Of a stretch of 64,000 nucleotides of DNA, positions 38,043 through 48,340 are shown one piece after another. Position 1 is the first letter of the stretch, and the number at the start of each line of letters is the position of its first letter. The DNA is from a virus. The notes under the pieces were generated by a model, which saw only the letters and a program-made list of their open reading frames with translations, had not been told where the DNA came from and ran no database searches. Position numbers and translations under genes: made by a program. The DNA lies in UHGV virus genome UHGV-0180032. One strand, given 5' to 3'.

Positions 38043-39818
38043 GTGTTTAAAGATGCAATCAGAAAGCTTAAAGAGGATGGCAAAATAGTACCCTTTAACC
38101 GAGCGATTGCGGAAGGTGTCGGTTATACACAAGCCAAAGACGGTATACACGAGCGTGTTCAGATTATCTTGAAACGTGAGCTGGATTATCATCCCGTTGA
38201 TAATCCGCGTGTTCCTGAAGGGCTGGCTGTATTAGGCGTACGGTTAATGTCACCGTTTGAAACGTTCATCTATAAGCTGTCTCGTTCTGAGAGCAGCAGA
38301 ATGGATAGACGCCGTGGTGTGATGTCCATTGCGAATACTGATGCGTATATGGTCATGTCAACATTCCGTATTCCAGGAGATTCTCGACCGATCTCAAGAC
38401 CGATTAACTTACCCTTTATCCGTCGTGGCGGTTTAATGAACTACTACGGTACGACGTATCACGTTGCACCGGTTATTCACCAGCCAGGTATCTGTCGCGA
38501 ACACGGTGGGGTATTTGTTAACTTTGACTTTAAACGTAAAGCCTCGTTGAAATTCTGTAAGCAACCTGTCCGTGTGTTAGTCAACGGCAAGAAAGAGGAG
38601 CTATTCTTACCAGGAACCAAAAACCTGTTCAAAGCGAAGAACGCAACACATCCTGATACTGACGAGAAACCGTTAATGTATTGGTTGTTCGGACGTTACG
38701 GATTTAAAGAAGCGATTAAACGCTATACTGGTGTTGACGTAGAAATTTATCCGTCGTTTAAGATCCCAGAACTCGATCTCAATGAGAAAGTTGTAATCAG
38801 TTCCGGTGAATCGAAATATAACCGTTCGATAATGTATGCGGTTGTCGTACCCGCAGAAGCATTGCCGAACGTGGATAAAGTCGGTTGGGATCAAAACGAG
38901 CATTTGTTGCTGGCCGCAATTGCTGCGTTCTTCAAAGCCGCTCACTACTATTGCAGTAAACAATCTATTAAGAACGGTAACGTCACGCCGCTCCCGCCGC
39001 TGTTTACCGCAATTAACGAGTTAGCGATGGAAGACGATATTGCTAACCTGAACTCTGCTCCGATTTGGCGTGAGATTCTGGGAAGAAGTATCGTGGGACT
39101 AAAACCTTCCGATATTGAGTTAGCACACAGTATGGCGAAACACTATACTGAATGCGATCGCTACGTTAACTCAACGTTCCGTGCAGAACTGAAGATGACC
39201 GATCCCGACATTCCAGACGATATGGATATGTTCGATTTCTTCTGGTATGCAACGAAACTGATGGTGCGTACCCGTCTGACCAAACAGGGTGATATTCCGT
39301 CAATGTACGGAAAACGTTTAACCGTAACTGACTATTTACTGTTAGGTGACCGTGGGTTTACACCAACGGTAGCGGCTATTCGTTTCCACCTGGGACAAAC
39401 GGAGAATCGTTCGCCAGAATCCTGCGCGAATATGATTCGTAGCGCTCTCAATAAAGAAATTGTCACGAGTCTGGTGTTGCGTAATATCACTGGTAACGGT
39501 GGTGTAAGTTATTTCAACGCATCAACAGAGTCCATGGTACTAGGAGTATCCACACACGCAATCAGTCAAACTGAAACGGAATCTAAACGTAACAGCAAAG
39601 GCGGTAAAACGGTTAACCTTAACGACCGTACGAAACACGCTTCTGCATCGCACCTCGAATGCGGTAACGTTTATTACATTCCGAAATCGTCCCCATTCAA
39701 ATGGGGTGTCCTTAACCCATACATGAAAACTAGCCGTCAGTTAGTGATGGTTCGTAATCCAAAACTTGACGAGTTAATCCAAGCAACCGAAGAAGACATT
39801 GCGAAGATTGGCCGTTAA
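38043..39818 (+). CDS. hypothetical protein (591 aa)
   Basis: GTG start with AAGGAG 8 nt upstream. Confidence 0.65.
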   Translation: MFKDAIRKLKEDGKIVPFNRAIAEGVGYTQAKDGIHERVQIILKRELDYHPVDNPRVPEGLAVLGVRLMSPFETFIYKLSRSESSRMDRRRGVMSIANTDAYMVMSTFRIPGDSRPISRPINLPFIRRGGLMNYYGTTYHVAPVIHQPGICREHGGVFVNFDFKRKASLKFCKQPVRVLVNGKKEELFLPGTKNLFKAKNATHPDTDEKPLMYWLFGRYGFKEAIKRYTGVDVEIYPSFKIPELDLNEKVVISSGESKYNRSIMYAVVVPAEALPNVDKVGWDQNEHLLLAAIAAFFKAAHYYCSKQSIKNGNVTPLPPLFTAINELAMEDDIANLNSAPIWREILGRSIVGLKPSDIELAHSMAKHYTECDRYVNSTFRAELKMTDPDIPDDMDMFDFFWYATKLMVRTRLTKQGDIPSMYGKRLTVTDYLLLGDRGFTPTVAAIRFHLGQTENRSPESCANMIRSALNKEIVTSLVLRNITGNGGVSYFNASTESMVLGVSTHAISQTETESKRNSKGGKTVNLNDRTKHASASHLECGNVYYIPKSSPFKWGVLNPYMKTSRQLVMVRNPKLDELIQATEEDIAKIGR

Positions 39819-39857
39819 CCACGAAAGACGTATTAAGACCTATTAGGAGAATTAAGA

Positions 39858-41468
39858 ATGGCAAGCTACAGCGAAACTCGTGAATTTATCTTGAAAGTTG
39901 TAATGGCTAAACAGGATCAGCTGTTGAACTATCTCGTCGACGCGATGAATGCGAAAGGGATAAAAGAAGATCCGTTTGTTAATGCAGCGTGCATTGTGGG
40001 TAACTGGTATCTGCAAAACCGTCGTCCTAATGACCAAACTAACGTTGCGGTTATCGAAACCTTTAAGGCAACACTCTATAGCCGTCTGTTAGGTTTAGGT
40101 CTGACTCCGTTGCAGCCGGACATTCATAGCGCGTTAGAGAAAGCGTTTGTGCTGGCGAATCAGCTTGCAGAAGAAGCACGTCGTGCTGGGCAGGGTGGCT
40201 TCGGTGTACGTACTGAGCCGGTTAACTTCGGTATTCAGAATTCGCAGAATGCGCAACCAACTGCACCGATTCAGGGTTCTTCTGTACCGATGGCCAGCTA
40301 TACTCCGGCCGGTGTAACAGTGCAACCTGTACAACCCGCTCCGGTATTCGGTGGTACTCCGCAAACTCAACCGCAAACGCAAACACAGCCTGCTATTATC
40401 CAGCCGACTGTTCCGCAGGAAGTGATGAACAAAAGCAAGCCTGTGGATATGAATAAGGAAACGATGGATGATATCATTCAACGTGCTAACCGTCCTCACC
40501 ATGACATTTTGCGGGTAGAAATTGTGGAAGACTATTTAGATCACGAGCTGAAAGAAAAGATTCAGCAAAACGTTGTTTCGCCGAAAGAAGCCAACACACG
40601 CGTCAAGAATTCTGTGTATGCAGAACATCGTGACTGGGGTGATAAGGTTAGTGAACTGGTTGAAGATAACGACAAACAATATTGCTCGTATGACGATGCG
40701 GGTATCATGGTGAAAGTCGAAAGCGAATACCGTCTGTATCCGATGGCACAGACTGAAACTTCTGCGGTGTATCTCCAGGAGTTTTATAGTTCGGTTCGCC
40801 AGATTATCGATGATCTCGATACCGTACGTGATATTGACGATATTGAAAAGCTGATGGAGCGTGTTTCTAATGACGTCTTCAGACTGCGTGACCTTGCACA
40901 ACGTTTGTTAATGTACTTCCTCACCAAATCTGATGAGAATGAAACGTATCGTAGCGAATGTTCAGCGTTTACTCGTCGTTTCATTGCGACATTAACCGTG
41001 CTGGTTCACAACGCTATCTCCGTGGCATCTGCTTACGGTAAAGACGTTCCGGGTACGAAATTCGTACAGTTGGAATGCTGCCTGGATGACATGACCTACT
41101 TTAAAGAGACAGTGTATGGTCGTACCATCGGTGAAAATGGTGTGAGCAAGTCTGCGGATTACTTCCGTGAAATGTTCCTGCTGATCGCACGTTCCCTGCG
41201 TAAGCTGCACATTCGTCTGACCTGTGACAACAAAGCCATTGAACTGTCTCAGGTAACGTACACGATTTCTCTGCAAGCAGATTATCAATCCGCTAACGAT
41301 CGTCATATCGTGGAAATCTCATCGTTTGGCAATAGCTTCGAACCGATTGTTTCAATCTACGAAGTCATTAACCAGAAAGCACCAGAAGCGTTCATTAAAC
41401 TTAAGACTCCGTCTCATGTTTATTCGCTGCTGAGCACAGGTGACGTTACTGCACCAGTTCGCTATTAA
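39858..41468 (+). CDS. hypothetical protein (536 aa) with Q/P/T-rich linker
   Basis: ATG with AGGAGAA upstream. Confidence 0.7.
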   Translation: MASYSETREFILKVVMAKQDQLLNYLVDAMNAKGIKEDPFVNAACIVGNWYLQNRRPNDQTNVAVIETFKATLYSRLLGLGLTPLQPDIHSALEKAFVLANQLAEEARRAGQGGFGVRTEPVNFGIQNSQNAQPTAPIQGSSVPMASYTPAGVTVQPVQPAPVFGGTPQTQPQTQTQPAIIQPTVPQEVMNKSKPVDMNKETMDDIIQRANRPHHDILRVEIVEDYLDHELKEKIQQNVVSPKEANTRVKNSVYAEHRDWGDKVSELVEDNDKQYCSYDDAGIMVKVESEYRLYPMAQTETSAVYLQEFYSSVRQIIDDLDTVRDIDDIEKLMERVSNDVFRLRDLAQRLLMYFLTKSDENETYRSECSAFTRRFIATLTVLVHNAISVASAYGKDVPGTKFVQLECCLDDMTYFKETVYGRTIGENGVSKSADYFREMFLLIARSLRKLHIRLTCDNKAIELSQVTYTISLQADYQSANDRHIVEISSFGNSFEPIVSIYEVINQKAPEAFIKLKTPSHVYSLLSTGDVTAPVRY

Positions 41469-41514
41469 GTTTGGATTGGGGGTGGAAACATCCCCATTTT
41501 TTTAAGGAGTGCGT

Positions 41515-41763
41515 ATGGCCGCTTATGTTGATTACAGTAAAGCCAAGATAGAGCTAAACGTAATTGATACCGTGGAGCGTTTAAAGCAACAACTTTCTTT
41601 GGAGTTATATCAACTTCGCGTCCGTATTCACGAGCGTGAACAACTTATTGAGAAACGTCCATTATTTATCGACGAGCAACAAGTAAAACTTATCACTGCG
41701 GAATTAGAAGTTATGGCCGCAGAGAAACTGTTGCTCGAAGAACGTATCGCTGCTATTGGTTAA
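41515..41763 (+). CDS. small coiled-coil protein (82 aa)
   Basis: ATG 41515 with AAGGAG upstream; terminator follows. Confidence 0.55.
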   Translation: MAAYVDYSKAKIELNVIDTVERLKQQLSLELYQLRVRIHEREQLIEKRPLFIDEQQVKLITAELEVMAAEKLLLEERIAAIG

Positions 41764-41774
41764 TCACCACACAA

Positions 41775-41808
41775 GGAGAGCCTAGGCTCTCCTCCTTTAT
41801 TTTTTATT
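41775..41808 (+). terminator. rho-independent terminator
   Basis: palindromic stem ggagag/ctctcc followed by tttattttttatt. Confidence 0.65.
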
Positions 41809-41852
41809 CCCCAATTTATTATAGCCGCCCACTATAGCGAGGGAATGAGGAA

Positions 41853-42158
41853 ATGATTAAATATGTTGTTATTAATGTAAACTACGAACGTAGCCCACGT
41901 TTTCGCTTCGAATTACCTGAAACCGAAGCAACCATGAAGTTTAATCGCTACTTTTTAGAGCATTCAAACACCAAAGTCAATCGCGGTAGATATTGGCTTA
42001 TCTACCATAATGTCCGTAATGAGTTATTGGAAGCCGTTAAGAAATCAGGTCAGTCAGAACTGTTAGCGAAACTGATGGCGTTTGATAACGATCCTTTAGC
42101 GATAGGAATTATGTTAGACCTTGTTATTAATAAAGACCATATAGCATGGTCCGATTAA
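41853..42158 (+). CDS. hypothetical protein (101 aa)
   Basis: ATG with GAGG upstream; AT-rich codons. Confidence 0.55.
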   Translation: MIKYVVINVNYERSPRFRFELPETEATMKFNRYFLEHSNTKVNRGRYWLIYHNVRNELLEAVKKSGQSELLAKLMAFDNDPLAIGIMLDLVINKDHIAWSD

Positions 42159-42166
42159 AGAAAAGC

Positions 42167-42214
42167 TACTCCGACCCCAGAAGGGTCGGAGTAAGCTCGA
42201 ATTATTTTTTTTTT
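42167..42214. terminator. bidirectional terminator between convergent genes
   Basis: stem tactccgaccc/gggtcggagta flanked by A-run upstream and an 11-nt T-run downstream. Confidence 0.65.
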
Positions 42215-42219
42215 GCTAT

Positions 42220-44937
42220 TTAGAGAGTTTCATCGGTGTTGTCATCTGCACCGGTATCCGTCTCGTCTGTGCCTTCAGTAGAAACGTCTTCTTCCGTCGC
42301 CGTATCGGTTTCCGTCGTTTCATCATCGGTCATGTCCAAGTCTTCATCACCGCCCAGATCGTCACCACCTAAGTCCTCATCGCCTCCTAAGCCACCGTCA
42401 TCTTCAGTGCCGCCACCAAAGTCGCTGCTACCGCCGAAGTTATTGGCGTCTTCAGGATTCAAATCAGCCGCTTTTGCTAACGTTTCAACTTTCCCTGTTA
42501 CACGTTTTGCCAACTGAATCAGTGTCTTAGATGCAGACGCAATTTCGTCAGAGATCATCTTAACGTTTTCACCGCGTTTCTCTTCATCGTAAATCAGGTC
42601 GAACATATCGTTCTCAATGCCCTGATTACGTAGCCAGTTGCGCGCGTAGAAGGTCTTAACCATCGTCTTGAGGTCATCAGGTGACATTTCAATACCTTCG
42701 TTCTGAAGCATATTAGCAATGTCATCCGTGACCACCAGATCTGCAAGTTTCTCGATAAATTCATAGCGTTTATCGAAGAGATCAGCTTGAGATGCTGTTG
42801 CAGAAGTATCAGGCGGCGGCAAGGTGACCTTCATACCGTTGATAAACTTCGCCATATACTCTGACGTTTGTTTTGTCATCTCTTCGCTAGATACATCCGG
42901 ATTCTGCTCACGGATATACTCAACGATAATACGGATGAGTTCTGCTTGCAGTTTCGGTGAAGCTTGCAGACTGTTTGTAACGTAGCGCGTAAGCGGGGTT
43001 GAGAGGATTTCCTGTTTCTTCACAATCTGTTGAGTAACCAACAGCGATTTAGAATAAATCTGAGAAGCAAACTCCAGGTTCTCCGGGGTAAGTACAAGGT
43101 CAGGATCAACACACGCGATGTGACATGTACGGCGTAACAGGTTCTCGTCAATTTGTTGATCAGGAACTTTATACTCCGGCGTGGTATCAGACACAGACAC
43201 TTTGTGGCTGGCGTAGTAATCGTTACCCGTCACGTTAAAGGCAATCCCCGCGTTAGCCCCCATTGACCAGGCGTCGTTGATATCGCCCCACATCGGCAGA
43301 CGTCGATTGTAGGAGTTAAGGATATCTGATTTAACTTGGTCAACAGTTTTTTGACCGTTTGCATCATCTGGTGACAGCTCAATGTCGTACTGCATGTGAC
43401 GTGCCGAGTTCAGTACAGATGAGTTCATCGTTGCGAACAGCAGCGCCATCCTGACAGTAGAGATAATAAAGGAGCGTTCAGTAATAGAAACCCCGATACC
43501 GTCTTCGTTAAAGTCCGTTGCAAAATAGCATAGGTTATTAACCGGAATGTAAACCACCTGAGTATGACGTTTTGCGAGATGACGCGCTAACAGAATACGA
43601 CCGAATGTTTCGGTAATATTCATGCTGATTTCTGCGCCACCTAGTGCCTGACTTAATGCGCGAGCAAATTCGTTTTCAGCGATTTCACCACAACGTGCAC
43701 TTAAACGGTTGGCGATTTCCGGGGTAATACGAGAAGTGTTCCCTAAGCCCAGATTAGAACGGTTAATGATGCTGTCCGTCATCCCGTCGTTGTTCAGGTA
43801 GTTCATAAAGTTCGCATCGCCGTACAGCGAGGAGCGAGCATTGATGAAGTTACCCATGTCATCTACGATGGTCAGATAACCGATAGGGTTACGAACGTCA
43901 TCGCCAATTACCAGTGGCAGCGTTGACTCTGCGGGCAGTAAACGTTCGATGTATTCGATTTTGTTATTCTCATCCATTGAGATAATAGGAATATCACCGT
44001 ACGTTTGTGTTTTCGGCGTTGACTTATACGCCTCGTTTAAATCGCCCAAGTTAATGAACCCTTTTTCAGCAGCGTCACGCTGACGGTCATCGAAAGATTG
44101 GTTAGGGTCGAACGGACTGCCACCGTTTGGTGTAGACGGCTTTTCATATGCGGCTTGCTCTAATTGCCCGTACAATCCTGTGCGTGCGTTCTCATGCGCA
44201 ATACGACGATACAAATCCGGCAGCATGGTAATGCGCGGGTTATCGGTAATCGTGATTTCCATCTGGAATTTATCCGAGAACATCGAATCGTGCTTACCGA
44301 AATCGATTTTCAACGTTTGAGGACCAGTAACGGCTCCGTGTAAACGGTTGAGAATTGATTCTACACCAACTCGCTGCCCTTCTTTCGGCGCATTAATAGG
44401 CCCGAGAATACCGAGCTGTTGTTCGAAGAACGCCGTTTGAGAACGACGAATAGATTCAGTAGCGACCTTTGTATTCAGGCCGAATAATTGGTCGAAGCCG
44501 GTATCCGAGATTATCATCACTGGACTTGCGCCTTTGGTTTTTAACGCATCGTAAATCCACTGATATAATTTCTTAGGTAGCTGACGAATGTTATCGTGAT
44601 AATCACGGGTCGGTGTCAGTAGCGCGTTACGCAGATCAATGGGGATGTCCGCGATGTTGTCGTAAATCAACGTCGTGTTGATTAAGTCTTTTGTTGATAG
44701 CAGGCTCGAAGTTGCAATAGTAACGATTGTTTCGAGTTCAGGTAACGCATCAAAGATACGTTCCGCATTTTTGATAGTACGAATACGTGAACTCGCAATT
44801 GCCGTGAGTTCTTGACGTGTTGGCGTAGAACCACCCTCGCTACGCGTACCGCGTTGTTGCTGAGGTGCTGGGCCCGTAGTTTTACGAAGAATTGCAGCTA
44901 CGGCGGGGTCGCCCGTTAATTTACTAATATCGTCCAT
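42220..44937 (-). CDS. hypothetical large protein (905 aa) with strongly acidic C-terminal tail; possibly virion-associated
   Basis: Long ORF; ATG with GGAGAC upstream; C-terminal ~70 aa dominated by D/E/G/T. Confidence 0.7.
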   Translation of the reverse strand: MDDISKLTGDPAVAAILRKTTGPAPQQQRGTRSEGGSTPTRQELTAIASSRIRTIKNAERIFDALPELETIVTIATSSLLSTKDLINTTLIYDNIADIPIDLRNALLTPTRDYHDNIRQLPKKLYQWIYDALKTKGASPVMIISDTGFDQLFGLNTKVATESIRRSQTAFFEQQLGILGPINAPKEGQRVGVESILNRLHGAVTGPQTLKIDFGKHDSMFSDKFQMEITITDNPRITMLPDLYRRIAHENARTGLYGQLEQAAYEKPSTPNGGSPFDPNQSFDDRQRDAAEKGFINLGDLNEAYKSTPKTQTYGDIPIISMDENNKIEYIERLLPAESTLPLVIGDDVRNPIGYLTIVDDMGNFINARSSLYGDANFMNYLNNDGMTDSIINRSNLGLGNTSRITPEIANRLSARCGEIAENEFARALSQALGGAEISMNITETFGRILLARHLAKRHTQVVYIPVNNLCYFATDFNEDGIGVSITERSFIISTVRMALLFATMNSSVLNSARHMQYDIELSPDDANGQKTVDQVKSDILNSYNRRLPMWGDINDAWSMGANAGIAFNVTGNDYYASHKVSVSDTTPEYKVPDQQIDENLLRRTCHIACVDPDLVLTPENLEFASQIYSKSLLVTQQIVKKQEILSTPLTRYVTNSLQASPKLQAELIRIIVEYIREQNPDVSSEEMTKQTSEYMAKFINGMKVTLPPPDTSATASQADLFDKRYEFIEKLADLVVTDDIANMLQNEGIEMSPDDLKTMVKTFYARNWLRNQGIENDMFDLIYDEEKRGENVKMISDEIASASKTLIQLAKRVTGKVETLAKAADLNPEDANNFGGSSDFGGGTEDDGGLGGDEDLGGDDLGGDEDLDMTDDETTETDTATEEDVSTEGTDETDTGADDNTDETL

Positions 44938-44948
44938 TGGGGTCTCCG

Positions 44949-47132
44949 ATGCAGAGATTTAACATATTTCGTGAACAGAACATCGCGTTGGCGAAATCAC
45001 TGATTATTAAATCAGAATCAATCGCACAACAGATGAATCTGGCAATAACCGAGAACGGCGGTTTCGTTTCCGATAACCGAAGTACGTGGCGATACTACCT
45101 GCATTTAGCAGGACAACGTCACGAATGGGATAAGCCCATTTACATAACGTCGCTCGACACGCAAGAGCAGATAGAATTAACGACAGCCAACCTGTCCCGT
45201 CATAAAAAGACCTCAAACGTATTTCGTTCGAACGGCGAGTACATTGAGGAGCTGATCAGAACGTATCCTGACTACGCGATTTATATCCGAGGTGTGTTTA
45301 ATCCGGTGGATATAAACTACGCCATCCGTGTGGCCGACTGCTCTATCCTCTATTACGACAGTTCATTAGTGGAGTCGCAAGAGACGTCGCTGATGTCGAG
45401 ATTGGAAGACAGAATAAGGGCAGCACACGTTCGCTATATGTCAGAAGGGTGGAAAGTTCACAACGATGCGTTCGTGTTAGCGTTCTACTGTATTCTGTAT
45501 CCGCAGTTACCCGGCATTATTGGTTACATCCGTTCTTCTTTACAGCATACCACGGAAACGCATTCTTTTTACGTGACAGAGTTCTTAGCATCGCACCAAG
45601 AACTTCACGAGTTTATGCCGTATCTGACCCAGAAACAGAAATTCATTCTGTATCGGAATATTCGTTACTGGGAGCGTAACTCAGGGAAAGAGGAGATTTT
45701 TGACTGGCAAATTGATGCGCTACTGACAGGTTGGGGGATGCCTGCGGTTGGGTATAATGTTGCGCAACAGATACACGAACCGAGGGATGATGACGATTCC
45801 ACGTTAACACCATTACCGATTGGTTATCAGCAATCGCTTAACTATACGGAAAAGGATTCTGGTCGAGATCTTGACATTGTAACGACGACGGACATTATCC
45901 AGAAGGAAGTCGCGTTAGCGTACAATAACCCGGCGTACGAACCAGAGTATCAGGAAGACTTAGACACCCGTTTAAGTTTAACGCAATACCCTAACCTGAA
46001 AACCAAACTCATTGAAGTGACAGCAGTCGATCCAGAAGCGATTGAGCGCTTCGAGTATCTGCATAACCTCTTTAACGAATGGGTACATCTCGTCGCGAAA
46101 GGGAAATACAACATTTACCACGAGATTCTTAACCCAACAAACGGGGATACCTTAAAGCTTAGCTCAAAAGAGTTATTGGCGCTGTTTTTGTACGCGGCGT
46201 ATAAAGGGTATTCTGACGTTGCGTTAGAAGAGATTCCTGTGTTCAACGTGTTCGGGGTGTTAATCAAACGCTGGGTTTCATTCGATGAAATGGAACAACA
46301 TTTAATCCCGAGCTGGGAAAACCGGTTCGATGCGTTGATTAACTATTATACCGATACGCACACAGAAGTCGTCGGAACGATTCTTAGTGCTGATGAACTT
46401 TACGACACGGTTAATGAAATCATTACCCAGAAACGTCGTCGTTGGCGTTATAGCCAAAACCGTCGGAAGATTCCTGACCGTGCAGCGGGCTTGATGCTGT
46501 TTAACTACCATTATCGTGACTACCGTTGCGATTTAAAACTGAACTACCGTAACTACGATGAGTTCTTTAAAACGTTTGGGTTAGACTATACGTTGGTTTC
46601 GGCGGAGACGTGGCAAGACATTGCTATTGACGCATTTAACACGGCGACTAACCTGGAAACCCGTGCAACGATTTCACAGTCTGAGATTCAGCGTGCAATG
46701 GTACGACTGATGACGAAGTTGTCATCCTACACCGTACATTTTGCTGCGCGAATGGGGTCAGATTCTTACGACGTTATGGACCCGCTCTGTCCTATCTTAG
46801 GGGATATCCCTATGAGTGGGGAGGGGTCGGTTACCATTATTGAACCCCTCTTAGGCGTACAGCAAGTTACGCGTCACCAGTATATGTCCACCGACACTGT
46901 GTTACCGGCAGCGCCTGTTATTAAAGAACTGTCGATGCCGCAGCACATCAAACTCAGGATGAACATTTACATGGGCATCCGAGTGAAAGTAACACAGCAA
47001 GTTGTGGTGGATATTAACGAGCCGACTACCGGGGTTGTTAAAGTGAAATCTTCGCTTGACGATTGGACGTTAAACGAACAGGTGAAAATTAACGATCTGG
47101 ACGGCTTCACGCTTGACCAGCTACCTAAGTGA
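44949..47132 (+). CDS. hypothetical protein (727 aa)
   Basis: ATG 44949, only 11 nt from the divergent minus-strand start. Confidence 0.65.
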   Translation: MQRFNIFREQNIALAKSLIIKSESIAQQMNLAITENGGFVSDNRSTWRYYLHLAGQRHEWDKPIYITSLDTQEQIELTTANLSRHKKTSNVFRSNGEYIEELIRTYPDYAIYIRGVFNPVDINYAIRVADCSILYYDSSLVESQETSLMSRLEDRIRAAHVRYMSEGWKVHNDAFVLAFYCILYPQLPGIIGYIRSSLQHTTETHSFYVTEFLASHQELHEFMPYLTQKQKFILYRNIRYWERNSGKEEIFDWQIDALLTGWGMPAVGYNVAQQIHEPRDDDDSTLTPLPIGYQQSLNYTEKDSGRDLDIVTTTDIIQKEVALAYNNPAYEPEYQEDLDTRLSLTQYPNLKTKLIEVTAVDPEAIERFEYLHNLFNEWVHLVAKGKYNIYHEILNPTNGDTLKLSSKELLALFLYAAYKGYSDVALEEIPVFNVFGVLIKRWVSFDEMEQHLIPSWENRFDALINYYTDTHTEVVGTILSADELYDTVNEIITQKRRRWRYSQNRRKIPDRAAGLMLFNYHYRDYRCDLKLNYRNYDEFFKTFGLDYTLVSAETWQDIAIDAFNTATNLETRATISQSEIQRAMVRLMTKLSSYTVHFAARMGSDSYDVMDPLCPILGDIPMSGEGSVTIIEPLLGVQQVTRHQYMSTDTVLPAAPVIKELSMPQHIKLRMNIYMGIRVKVTQQVVVDINEPTTGVVKVKSSLDDWTLNEQVKINDLDGFTLDQLPK

Positions 47133-47139
47133 GAAAACC

Positions 47140-47460
47140 ATGGCATATCGCGTCGACTTAACGAAAACTCCGAAACAAATTCTGGTAGATCGTATTAACT
47201 ACGTTTTCGGGGTATCCTATACCACTGACAACATCGATTTTAACGATAAAGGTGTGCAACCGCTGACCAAAGACGACATTATGATCGAGCCTATCAGTGA
47301 GGAACTCGATTCTTATGATGTTCGCTTAGTCCCGAATCACTTATCTTTTAAAGGAACGATTCCGGTCGTATTTACTGACCCCACACCACGCACGTTGGCG
47401 TCTCTCGTGACGAAACTTGCGCTGGACGGGTTCCGCCCTGGAGAATTAATCAATGTCTAA
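47140..47460 (+). CDS. hypothetical protein (106 aa)
   Basis: ATG 47140 with GAGAAAACC upstream. Confidence 0.6.
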   Translation: MAYRVDLTKTPKQILVDRINYVFGVSYTTDNIDFNDKGVQPLTKDDIMIEPISEELDSYDVRLVPNHLSFKGTIPVVFTDPTPRTLASLVTKLALDGFRPGELINV

Positions 47461-48340
47461 TGTCAAAGTTTACGACGGTAAACTCTCGACGGTAACACTT
47501 AATGCGATGCGTCTGGCTACCGCATTAATTACCGGTGCCGATGTGCAATACCCACAGAAGTCCACACTGAATGAGTTTTATAAGCTCATGCAAACCCCAG
47601 TGCCGGACGGTAAAGCACGTCCCCATTTGCAGTACATGGCGATTGGTAACCGTGGCCACATGGTCGACACATCAGACGTTGTTGCTGATGTTGTTCCTGT
47701 AGCTAAAGAACCTATCGCGTCCGGGATGTTTTCACGCGTTCCGTTTGTCCTGCGTACTAAAGACAACGATTTGTCTGATGAACAGCGTAAGAACTACGCT
47801 TTCCGTACTCTGGAAACCATCAACAAACGTGAGTATTGGGCGTACTATTTAAAACGCATTGACATGCGTGCAGTAAAAACTACCGACTACGACATTAAGC
47901 GTGAGAACGGTGTTGAAACTGTAGAAGACTTTGTCTATACGGATACTGAACTGAACCCGGTACCGAAAGTGTTGCCGGACTACGATTACGACGATGACGG
48001 TACCGTTGCAATTCCTGATGGCCGTTATGTGGAATCAGGTGCAGACTTGGTTATTCCGTGGACGGACTTTGACGTTCAGGAGTACATGAACGTGACCAGC
48101 ATTATGCGCGGTAGCCCTCGTAGTTCGATTATCTCTGAACTGGCACTGTGCTCTGGTTTAGACCAGGTAACGTCCGGTGACTCTGCCACAGGTTCGAAGT
48201 TCAGCTACACTGAAGCTATCGGTGTACAAGCCCTGTATTACATTTCGATGTTTACTAACCTGGCGCAGACGAACGATAAACTGTCACTGACAATCCGTAT
48301 CGGTCAACCTGCACCGTTCTTCTTAGGGACAGCGAATTAA
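47453..48340 (+). CDS. hypothetical protein (295 aa)
   Basis: ATG overlapping upstream 3' end. Confidence 0.7.
   Translation: MSNVKVYDGKLSTVTLNAMRLATALITGADVQYPQKSTLNEFYKLMQTPVPDGKARPHLQYMAIGNRGHMVDTSDVVADVVPVAKEPIASGMFSRVPFVLRTKDNDLSDEQRKNYAFRTLETINKREYWAYYLKRIDMRAVKTTDYDIKRENGVETVEDFVYTDTELNPVPKVLPDYDYDDDGTVAIPDGRYVESGADLVIPWTDFDVQEYMNVTSIMRGSPRSSIISELALCSGLDQVTSGDSATGSKFSYTEAIGVQALYYISMFTNLAQTNDKLSLTIRIGQPAPFFLGTAN

Noticed and set aside
41818-41845. Resemblance to a T7-class promoter (CACTATAG core)
   Set aside because: Only the 8-mer matches; upstream recognition positions differ, and nothing else in the window suggests a single-subunit T7-type RNA polymerase system.
42236-42517. 93-aa plus-strand ORF with poly-Ser/Pro translation
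   Set aside because: Antisense to the acidic tail-coding region of the 905-aa minus-strand gene; the low-complexity composition mirrors the GA-rich coding strand.
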